This document shows positions 9,056-17,309 of a stretch of DNA of 32,000 nt, one piece after another. Each line of letters opens with the position of its first letter. Position 1 is the stretch's first letter. Below the pieces are notes generated by a model. That model did not search any database. It was not told the DNA's origin and was given only the letters and a program-made list of their open reading frames with translations. Position numbers and translations under genes: made by a program. Origin of the DNA: Acaryochloris marina S15 (GTDB taxonomy: Bacteria > Cyanobacteriota > Cyanobacteriia > Thermosynechococcales > Thermosynechococcaceae); assembly GCF_018336915.1 (NCBI RefSeq), contig NZ_CP064923.1, positions 1,170,001-1,202,000 of the forward strand, given 5' to 3'.

Positions 9056-10119
9056 TTAAATCGTAATTCTCATATGAGGAAAATTGGTCATAGAAGTCAG
9101 CCTATCGGGTAAATCCATGAGTTCTTTGAGTCCCTTGCACAAGGTATCGGATACCTCATCTAAAGAATCAAAAACCTGATTGTAGAAGTGCTTTTCTTTC
9201 ACCTCCTCCCAGATATGCTCTACAGCATTGAGTTGTGGACTTCGAGGAGGCTGAACAATCAAGCGTATATTGTCTGGAATGACGAGCTTCTTTCCGGTGT
9301 GGTAAGACGCTCCATCGACCTGCATCACCACAAAATAGTCTGAAAATTCATCCGCCACTTGTGCTAGGAATAAGTTCATCATCTGAGTATTGGAAAAGGG
9401 TAAGACTAAAGCACTCATCTTTCCTAACGCAGGAGCAACAGCAACATAGCCATAGAGATATTCACGGACAAGCTGCTGCCCACTTTCGGGTCGAATTCCA
9501 GGAGCACACCAAGCTCTTCTTACTTGCCCTAGACGACCAAAGCGCCCTTCGTCTGCTGCCATGATCACAATGGGACGTTGGTCTTCAGCTGAGCGATCTG
9601 CTACAGCGGTTTGGACCAGCCCCCGAAAGTTTTTTTAAAAGCCTCTCGTGCCGCTTTGTTTCCATTGGGATGGGACGGACGAGGCATGAGTTTGCGCCAT
9701 CCGTGTCGGTCTAGCAAACGATAGATAGTACTGGGTGCCACTGACGTCTCCACTTTAGTCTCAAAGGCCGTTTGGATCTCTTGAACCGTTGTTAAATGAC
9801 CTTGTTGAGCACGTTCAATAAACGATTCTAAAAATTCAATCTCTTCTTCGATACTCAGATAAGCACCGGGATTCTTCTTCCGTTTAGCCCTAGGAGCAAT
9901 TGCTGCTGCTCCTAGGCGATTGTAAGCGGAAATCACCTGATGGACCGTTCGAAGACTAGTAGCAGTATGCGTGGCTATTTCGATAGCTGGGCGAGGATCT
10001 ACCAGGGCGTTATAAATAATCATCCATTTTTGCTGACAGCGGGCAGTCGGAGCCGTAGCAATTTTGTCTTTCACCTCATCCACTGTTAGATGCGGTTTAA
10101 CTGTACTAACTCGACTCAT
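9056..10119 (-). CDS. IS630-family transposase in two frames (OrfA 9601-10119 HTH part; OrfB 9056-9568 DDE part); needs a -1 shift at an A7 run
   Basis: OrfA carries HTH-like N-terminal domains. OrfB carries the DDE triad context (AADEGRFG, MQVDGASYH, NAVEHIWEEVK). A -1 shift at 9630-9636 gives the continuous ...AFKKNFRGLVQTAVADRSAEDQRPIVIMAADEGRFG... Confidence 0.8.
9630..9636 (-). other. A7 run (T7 on + strand): candidate -1 frameshift / transcriptional slippage site, or a 1-nt indel
   Basis: Minus strand reads GCT TTT AAA AAA ACT in the OrfA frame. Slipping back one base on the A-run enters the OrfB frame, which is open from here. Confidence 0.5.
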
Positions 10120-10181
10120 ATACTTATGGAATGAACATAGGATTAGATCCTATCTAAATTACATCCCAAAACACAAATTGG

Positions 10182-11024
10182 TATTAGGTCTGCCTCAGCT
10201 TGTTTCCGCTGACTGATGTCTTGGATCTGAGCAACGAAATGGAGAGGACTACCATCCTCCTGAGACACCAGCGAAACACTGAGGGAGATCCATACCTCAT
10301 GGCCTTGTTTGTGGATATATCGTTTTTCTAAGTGGCAGTGGTCAATCTCACCGGCTAGCAGTTGGTTTATCGTCTCCAAGTCAACGTCTAGGTCCTCGGG
10401 ATGGGTGATGTTCTGGAAGGTGAGGGCCAGTAATTCTGATTCAGAGTAGCCTGTGATATTGCAAACCGACGCATTGACTTTTAGCCAACGACCTTCTGGT
10501 GAGACGAGGGCTATCCCAATCGCTGCATGCTCAAAAGCTTTAGCAAATCGGGCTTCACTTGCTCGGAGAGATTGTTCAACCTGCTGTTGTTCTGTGATGT
10601 CCTTGGCCATACCCAAAAAGCCCGTCAAATTTCCGGCCTCATCATATAAGGCAGTCACAGATAAGCGAGCAGGAAAGCGGCTTTGATCCTTGCGGATATA
10701 GGTCCAAAGGTTTTCATCAGGCATGCCTAATCGGGCTTTGGTCGTGAAAACTTCAAAACCAGGTTGGATGACGTAGCCTAGTTCCTGAGAGAGCTGCTGG
10801 GCTCTTTGTTCAATTTCCTGAGGATCATGAATGATGGCTGGGGTGACTTTGCCAATGATCTCTTCGGCAGTATAGCCCAGTTGCTTGAGTGCTCCGGCAT
10901 TACAGGTTTGGATAATACCTTGGGTATCTGTTGCAATGATCGTGAAGTCAGCACTATCTAGGATGGCTTTTTGCCAGGTTTGCTCTTCCTGAAATCCAGA
11001 TCTTTTAGCAGTCTGTTTTTCCAT
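10182..11024 (-). pseudogene. N-terminal part (2 PAS domains) of the IS-split multi-PAS histidine kinase
   Basis: ATG at 11024, two PAS domains, then ...DISQRKQAEADLI followed by 12 IS-encoded residues and a stop (ORF 10143-11024). Confidence 0.8.
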
Positions 11025-12106
11025 GATTGAGCGTTTATATCCCCCAAATGCAACTCAAGTCAGTAAGCCAATAATATTGATATTGATGTGCTTAAGACTA
11101 TGTACTGAAAAGCCATTTTAGTATATTTACAAGAGAGGGTAGTCAACAAGATTGTATATATATTTTATCTTTTAAAGATTTTCAATATTCTTGCTAAATG
11201 AGTATGAAGATATTACTAGAATACTTATTCGATAGATTGAATTCTAAGTCTAGTTATTGATGGATCTCCATAGGTAAATACCTCATTTTGTTTGATTTTG
11301 ACAATAGTAAGTAAACTAAATCCAGCTTTATAATCTTTATTAAGTAAATTTTTTAGGTATATTTACTCTTTAGTCGCTATATACTATTGATTTTCTGCTT
11401 TATTTTAATTATATCTATCTTTATTGGTAGATTTAAGCTTAATCACTTGTCCATCTCTTAGAAATAGCGATAGATATCAGCCGTTAAGAATTTTCGGCTT
11501 GTTATGGCACAAAGTTTAATTATTAAATGTCTTTAATCATATTGCTTTCTTGTATTTATCCTACGCAATCAGAGGCTGGATTTATTTCTCTTGCTAGAGA
11601 TAAAATAGCTTAAAAAGATCTATCTGATAAAGGAATATTTATGATATCAAGCTGCTATTAGAAAATGTAAATATTTTTGCTGCTTTTCTCCTATGTCAAG
11701 CGTTAAGAAGATGTTATACAATAACAGTCGTGATTGGTCTGATTTAGTTAGTGAATAATGATCTTCATGATACGAACATGGAAACAGAGTAGTTTAGCCG
11801 CCTCTATGCTGATTACGCGAAATGATACAGAAAAATGGAATGTTTTATGTATCTCTGATCCACTGGACAGCTTTATGCTGTTGTACTTTAAGGTTCTTAG
11901 ATTAAAGATATTGAACTCTATCCGAGTGGATAAATAAACTGGATGGTTGTCTGCAAAATGCCTAAGTTCATCTAGCAAAGATGTGGGCATTCAAAACAAT
12001 CACTCTAAGGCTAATAGCTATTCGTTCATCAACTGATGAATGCAGGATTCGAGTTGATGTAGTATCGGGTTCGAAACAACGAGACATTATTGAAAACAGA
12101 AGGTCT
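11025..12106. other. ~1.08 kb strongly AT-rich, essentially ORF-free spacer between divergent genes
   Basis: Hand counts give 12 G+C in 11161-11220, 14 in 11401-11460 and 17 in 11881-11940, each out of 60. A typical coding line (15001-15060) has 30 of 60. Confidence 0.6.
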
Positions 12107-12913
12107 ATGACTAGGAATGAACCGCTTAATGTTCTTCTTATTGAAGATTCTGAAGATGATGCGCTATTGGTTATTCGCACATTAAAATCTGGTGGTCTTC
12201 GCCTTCATTGGCAACGAGTGCAGTCTGCGGAGTCTCTTCGGACTTTGCTTAGGGAACACGCTTGGGACGTGATCATTGCGGATTACCATTTGCCAGGCTT
12301 TGATGCACCAGCAGCTCTGGAAATGGTTCAACAATCAGAGCTAGACATACCGTTCATTGTGGTCTCAGGAGTCATCGGTGAAGAATCCGCCGTGGAAATG
12401 ATGAAAGCGGGTGCTCACGATTATTTGATGAAAGATAATCTCGCCCGATTGTCAGAGGCGGTTCAGCGTGAGGTTAGAGAAGCCCATAATCGCAAAGAAC
12501 GCCGGGATGCTGAAGTCATTATCAATCAGCAACTGGCTGCAATAGAGGCCGTCATCGATGGTATTGCGATTGTGCAAGAAGGGGCCTATCTCTATGTCAA
12601 TCAAGGCTACCTCACATTATTTGGTTATGCAGATCCGGTCGAGCTAGTGGGTCAACCTTGGACCAATTTATATTCCACTCAGGAGAACCAACGTTTTGAG
12701 GGCGAGATATTCCCTCAGATGAAGCAAATAGGTTCATGGTTTGGAGAAGCAACGGCTACTAGAAAAGACGGGTCTACTTTTGCTCAGGAGATTTCGTTAA
12801 CGCTTACAGACTATGGGAGTATGGTGGCTGTTTGTCGTGACATTACTGAAAGCAAAAAAGCGGAACAATATCTCAAACAGTTGAAAGATTACCGATTGAA
12901 TCCTAGTCGGTAG
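12107..12913 (+). pseudogene. Truncated REC-PAS paralog of gene 5089-6564 (kinase core missing)
   Basis: Start at ATG 12107 (MTRNEPLNVLLIEDSEDDALL). Collinear with the REC-PAS part of 5089-6564, with long identical runs such as DVIIADYHLPGFDAPAALEMVQ and RKDGSTFAQEISLTLT. Similarity ends after ...LKQLK (~12886), followed by DYRLNPSR and a stop. No HisKA/HATPase follows. Confidence 0.75.
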
Positions 12914-12983
12914 CACTCTAATGAGAGTAGTTAGGTGGAAGTATCTGGACTCACTCACAGAGTTCTGAGGGTGTTTTTTGTGC

Positions 12984-14221
12984 TATAGATCTTCAGAAAA
13001 GCATCCGTGGTTTTAGCGACACTACATCTTCATTAAATATAGTAACTAGCTCCTGATACTCTTAGCTCTGGCAAGGATTTCAAGATTATCAGAGGTCATC
13101 CAGTATGCTCGCACAATTCAAACTGCGCTTTACCCAATCAACACGCAAAAAGATTGAAGCTAAACTGCGCCAGGCATACGGGAGTCAGAATTTACGTCTG
13201 GTCAAACGTATTAGTGCTTTATTGCAGCTTGGTCAAGGTGGTTCAGTGGCACAGGTAGCTGAAACATTGGCACTAGGCGAACAAACGATCAGGGATTATC
13301 TGCATGCATTTCTAAAACGAGGTATCGCTAGCTTTAGATACAAAGCGTCTCAAGGACGTCGCAGCAAACTCACTCCACGGCAACGACAACAGCTCAAGTC
13401 ATGGATTAAAGCAGGTCCGCTCAAAGCTGGATACGAGTGTGGTTGTTGGAGTGCATTAATGGTTCAAGACCTGATTGCGAAACGCTTCAATGTTTCCTAT
13501 CATCCCCATTATGTGAGTACTCTACTGAGGAACTTAGGCTTTTCATTTCAAAGAGCACGGTTTGTTGCAGCTCATCTCAATGAAGCCAAGCGACAAGAAT
13601 GGATGACACACAAATGGCCTGAGATTTTGCGTTTATCAGCAGCCAAAGATGCCCTAATTTTATTTGGGGATGAGGCCAGTTTTGCGCAGTGGGGGTCGTT
13701 AAGCTACACCTGGAGTCTTCGTGGAGACCAGCCAACATTGCCCACCAGTGGTAAACGGAAGGCTTACAAGGTGTTTGGATTAATTGATTATCATTCTGGT
13801 CAGTTCTTCTATCAAGGTCAGACGGGACGCTTCAATTCTGAAGGGTATACTGCTTTTCTAACTCAAGTACTCCAGCAGACTCACAAGCATATTATTCTCA
13901 TTCAGGACGGGGCTAGATATCACACCAGTAAAGCAACTAAGCAGTTCTTTGACCAGCAATCCGCTCGCCTTACTCCTTTCCAATTACCCACATATTCTCC
14001 TGACTTCAACCCAATTGAATTCTTGTGGAAGAAACTCAAAAAACGCAGCACACACCTACGGTTCTTCAAGCAATTTGATGACTTAGTTCAGCAGGTCGAT
14101 GAGGGGCTACTGTACTTTAGTCAGACTCCCAATGAAATTACTGTCTTAATGGGCAAATATTGCAAAACCTTGGGTACACAAGCTGCCTAGCTAATCACGG
14201 ATCTTTATCTGTAGATCTATA
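12984..14221 (+). mobile_element. IS630-family insertion sequence (copy 2, unrelated ends to copy 1), apparently intact
   Basis: Terminal inverted repeats TATAGATCTTCAGAAAAGCATCCGTG (12984-13009) vs reverse complement of 14196-14221, TATAGATCTACAGATAAAGATCCGTG (22/26). The outer TA on each side is compatible with a TA target duplication. Confidence 0.85.
13105..14190 (+). CDS. IS630-family DDE transposase, single uninterrupted 361-aa ORF
   Basis: N-terminal HTH regions. DDE context LFGDEASF, LIQDGARYH, NPIEFLWKKLK. Confidence 0.9.
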   Translation: MLAQFKLRFTQSTRKKIEAKLRQAYGSQNLRLVKRISALLQLGQGGSVAQVAETLALGEQTIRDYLHAFLKRGIASFRYKASQGRRSKLTPRQRQQLKSWIKAGPLKAGYECGCWSALMVQDLIAKRFNVSYHPHYVSTLLRNLGFSFQRARFVAAHLNEAKRQEWMTHKWPEILRLSAAKDALILFGDEASFAQWGSLSYTWSLRGDQPTLPTSGKRKAYKVFGLIDYHSGQFFYQGQTGRFNSEGYTAFLTQVLQQTHKHIILIQDGARYHTSKATKQFFDQQSARLTPFQLPTYSPDFNPIEFLWKKLKKRSTHLRFFKQFDDLVQQVDEGLLYFSQTPNEITVLMGKYCKTLGTQAA

Positions 14222-14522
14222 TCTCGATGAAATCATCAGGGGTAGTCTTTCGGGTGATCGATGAGGGGGCTGTCAATATTGCCGTGCTTTAGGTGGTGTT
14301 GATGGATGAAGATGAGGTCATTCACGTCAGGATTGGGTGGGTTCAATTCGGTTTATGACGTTATGAAGGGAATGGACGCTAACCCAATTTATTTAGCCCT
14401 ATCAAAACTTATTGAGTAATCGTTCCTGAACCCTGTAAATTACGGAACAATAATAGGTCATTCGTAGACGATATCTACGATACGGGCACATCTGGACATA
14501 TTGCTCACAGGAAGGACAGACT

Positions 14523-15746
14523 ATGCAGACTTTTCATTGGCTGGGGTTGGGATTAGGACTTGCGATGGCACCTTGGCAACCCATATTAGCTCAGTCTTCC
14601 TCTCCTACAGAACCTACCGTTGATTCAGCTGTATCCTCTACTGTTAAAGGAGATTGCGGTACTGAGCAAACCTGTGATCAGCTTTTGCAAACTCTCCGTA
14701 CCCAATGGCCGACTGCGAAGCTGAATTGCACCCGCGATCGCATTCTGTCTCTTCATGTATTCAAAAACACTCGGGGTGGGCGACAGGTCAATGTGGCCTG
14801 TTGGGACACCGAAGTCAAAAAAGGCGATCGCTATGGTTTATCTCGCGATGTTCTCCCGTATCCAGGCGATGAAGCTCAGTTTTTGCCGCCTCTGCCCCGT
14901 CGATCTCGCTATACCGAGCCCTTAAAAACTCGTTTCCCGGATCCCGTACGCACAAGTCAAAATGAATGCGGTTCTCTTGGAGGAGACATTCAATATCGGG
15001 CCCGCAAAGACATCGATCGACTGGAGCTGCAATGTGTATTTACGGTTGGCGCAGTATTGATTGATACTGATGGAGACTTCGTTTCCGATGGCGAAGCCTC
15101 AAGAGGCACACTCATCGATAAAATAGTCGGCAAATTCGCCATTTCTGAGCTAGAAAAGCCTTTAGTGGCCCCACCTCCAACCACCAGCCCTTCGACAGGA
15201 ACTCCCGTCGATAGTAATGCACTCCCCCCCCTACAGGGAGAAGACACGGTTTCTGATGTCTTTCCCAGTGCATCTTCCCCCTCCACGACGGATGTGCCTG
15301 CACAGACTTCAGCAGCTCCCACTCCCCAAGGCCCAACCTCCGCATATGCAGTCCTCCAGGCCATCGATGTGCAACTTTTTAATCGGCTGAAGAACCAGCT
15401 TGTTCCCCTGAATCAGCCCTGGAATCCCTACGGATTAGGAATGGACTTACTGATTTCGGTCAAAGTTAAACCGGGTACCCAAGAAACTCAGCCCGGAACC
15501 AATTTAGTGCTTGCTATCAACGCCAAAGGCTATAATACGCCTGCTACGGGACCTGTCCCAGCTTGGAATCAGGTGCAATCACGATCTATTGCCATCAATG
15601 CCAATGATCAGTTTAGTTATTCGTTTCCGTTTTTAGCGGAGTATCGGTGCTATTCCGAAGTGCAGTTAACCGCAACTCTTATTCAGCCTGGTCTGACTAC
15701 GGGACCTAGCTTGACGAAAACCATCAATCTGGGTTGTGCGGAATAG
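14523..15746 (+). CDS. Secreted protein of unknown function (signal peptide, Cys-containing N-domain, Pro/Ser/Thr linker, C-domain)
   Basis: AGGAAGGA precedes the ATG. Signal-like N-terminus MQTFHWLGLGLGLAMAPWQPILAQS. Eight Cys. PST-rich linker VAPPPTTSPSTGTP...AAPTPQGPTS. I recognise no family. Confidence 0.7.
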   Translation: MQTFHWLGLGLGLAMAPWQPILAQSSSPTEPTVDSAVSSTVKGDCGTEQTCDQLLQTLRTQWPTAKLNCTRDRILSLHVFKNTRGGRQVNVACWDTEVKKGDRYGLSRDVLPYPGDEAQFLPPLPRRSRYTEPLKTRFPDPVRTSQNECGSLGGDIQYRARKDIDRLELQCVFTVGAVLIDTDGDFVSDGEASRGTLIDKIVGKFAISELEKPLVAPPPTTSPSTGTPVDSNALPPLQGEDTVSDVFPSASSPSTTDVPAQTSAAPTPQGPTSAYAVLQAIDVQLFNRLKNQLVPLNQPWNPYGLGMDLLISVKVKPGTQETQPGTNLVLAINAKGYNTPATGPVPAWNQVQSRSIAINANDQFSYSFPFLAEYRCYSEVQLTATLIQPGLTTGPSLTKTINLGCAE

Positions 15747-15881
15747 ATTCAGAAACAATGGATGTGTCCGTTTTTGACAACTGGAACTATCGCCAAAACT
15801 AGGTAACGTTGATATTGCAGATTCTGATAGGCTGAGCTACCTCTGTATATGACAGACTACTTGGGATGCAGATGATATGGA

Positions 15882-15921
15882 GAATACAGCTTGAACTTCA
15901 GTCAGTCATCAAGCTGTATTC
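15882..15921. terminator. Perfect 13-bp stem hairpin between convergent genes (candidate bidirectional terminator)
   Basis: GAATACAGCTTGA (15882-15894), 14-nt loop, TCAAGCTGTATTC (15909-15921). No U-tract on either side. Confidence 0.45.
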
Positions 15922-15941
15922 CCTATCAAATGAGCTAAAAC

Positions 15942-17309
15942 TCAAGCAGTGTAATTAAAGCCTGAGCCGTTCAAATTCAAATTACTTGAGCCACTGACAA
16001 CCGCAACCAGTTCATCAATACCAGGTGTTTTAAGGAAAATAGCCTGCCCAGAGGGAATGCCTGTTGGCGATGAACCCAAACTATACTCACTGGCAGATCC
16101 ATGCAAAAGGATGCGATCCCCTTCGGCAACCTTATATCCTTCGATATGGGCGTAATCTCCCTTTCCTAGGGTGTTATTTCTTCCGTCATCATAAAACGAT
16201 TGGGATTGGTTACCTAGGATATACAAATCGCCACCCGATCCACCTTTGAGTTTATCTTTCTGAGATTTAGAAGCACTGGAATTGCTACCAATTCCAGTCA
16301 AGACATCCCGACCATCTCCTCCATAGAGGGAGTCATTTCCCAAGCCGCCAAACATAGTGTCATTCCCTTTATGACCGACTAATTTATCTTGTCCTGAGCC
16401 CCCATATAGGCGATCATTACCATCTTTACCTAGCAACAGATCATTATCACCATCGCCATAAAGAGAATCATTACCTTGAGCGCCATCCAGAGTATCCCGG
16501 TTATTTCCACCTCGAAGTCGATCCTTGCCCATCTCTCCAAAAAGCCGGTCCTTTCCTGCTCCTCCTTCGAGGTAATCGTTTCCGCTTCCCCCCCTAATCA
16601 GATCGTTTCCTAATTCTCCCTTCAGCCGATCATTGCCCCCGCCTCCACTCAGGAGATCATTCCCAGCTTGGCCGTAGATAGAATCGGAACCACTACCTCC
16701 AGATAAAGTATCGGCTCCATTCGCTCCTTTGATCGTGTCATTTCCTCCCAAACCCGCTATCTTGTCGGGTTTGTTCGTCCCCTTGAGCAGATCATTACCT
16801 GCAGTAGCAGTGTTTGCAGAAGGTGGGTTGTTTGCCACAGGATTGGTTTGACCATCTGTTTGAGCGACATAGTTGCCTGGATCAGCACCAGCACCAAATA
16901 CTTGAGTCCAATAACGAGAATAATTGACGCTTCCCGTATCATTATTCAAAGAGTGGTACCCCACTCCCATATGGGTAAAGCTTGAGTTGAGGATATTCGC
17001 GCGATGTCCTGAACTGCGCATCCATCCCTGAAAGACAGCTTCAGGCGTAGTCTGCCCTGCAGCAATATTTTCACCCCATGTCGACCAACCTGTGTATCCA
17101 GCAGCTTCAATCCGATCTCCTGCACTCGTTCCAGTTTGCGGATCAGTATGGCTGAAAAAATCACCAGCCGCCATGCGGGTGGAGTGTCCATCCGCTGCTT
17201 GATCTAATTTCTGACTTAAAGTTAAGGCATTCAACCCGGCTTTAGATCGTTCCTGATTAACCAGACTCAAAATCTTCTGGTCAAATTTGTCTCGATTTAA
17301 GATCGCCAT
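15942..17309 (-). CDS. CAP/SCP/PR-1 (YkwD-like) domain fused to RTX hemolysin-type calcium-binding repeats; likely T1SS substrate
   Basis: N-terminal CAP motifs (LVNQERSKAGLNAL, GHRANILNSSFTHMGVGY, YWTQVFG). About 18 GGxGxDxL-type nonapeptides. No N-terminal signal peptide. Confidence 0.9.
   Translation of the reverse strand: MAILNRDKFDQKILSLVNQERSKAGLNALTLSQKLDQAADGHSTRMAAGDFFSHTDPQTGTSAGDRIEAAGYTGWSTWGENIAAGQTTPEAVFQGWMRSSGHRANILNSSFTHMGVGYHSLNNDTGSVNYSRYWTQVFGAGADPGNYVAQTDGQTNPVANNPPSANTATAGNDLLKGTNKPDKIAGLGGNDTIKGANGADTLSGGSGSDSIYGQAGNDLLSGGGGNDRLKGELGNDLIRGGSGNDYLEGGAGKDRLFGEMGKDRLRGGNNRDTLDGAQGNDSLYGDGDNDLLLGKDGNDRLYGGSGQDKLVGHKGNDTMFGGLGNDSLYGGDGRDVLTGIGSNSSASKSQKDKLKGGSGGDLYILGNQSQSFYDDGRNNTLGKGDYAHIEGYKVAEGDRILLHGSASEYSLGSSPTGIPSGQAIFLKTPGIDELVAVVSGSSNLNLNGSGFNYTA
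16290..16802 (-). repeat. Tandem RTX nonapeptide-coding repeats (aa ~170-340 of the CAP-RTX protein)
   Basis: Repeated GNDxLxGGxG units: GGNDTIKGANGADTLSGGSGSDSIYGQAGNDLLSGGGGNDRLKG... Confidence 0.8.

Larger units (their letters stand above)
9042..10181 (-). mobile_element. IS630-family insertion sequence (copy 1), ~1.14 kb, inserted in the kinase gene
   Basis: Inverted terminal core CCAATTTGCGTTTT (9044-9057) vs reverse complement of 10168-10181, CCAATTTGTGTTTT (13/14). TA on both sides (9040-9041 or 9042-9043, and 10182-10183), consistent with the TA target duplication of IS630/Tc1-mariner. Boundaries are uncertain by about 2 nt. Confidence 0.85.

Noticed and set aside
5089-11024. Kinase / receiver / receiver-kinase trio as a Detocs-like defensive two-component system
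   Set aside because: No effector domain (nuclease, nucleosidase or similar) is attached to either receiver. The domains are ordinary PAS/HisKA/HATPase/REC signalling modules.
11748-12180. ORFs 11748-11990 (-) and 11968-12180 (-) in or next to the AT-rich spacer
   Set aside because: They have AT-driven low-complexity composition and no RBS or recognisable motif. The second overlaps the REC-PAS gene start. A small protein cannot be fully excluded without expression data.
12935-14292. Short ORF spanning the IS630 copy 2 insertion site that vaguely resembles a RelE/ParE toxin C-terminus (…SMKSSGVVFRVIDEGAVNIAVL after joining the flanks)
   Set aside because: The resemblance covers only about 20 residues. 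There is no start codon or N-terminal half and no antitoxin partner, which is too weak to call.
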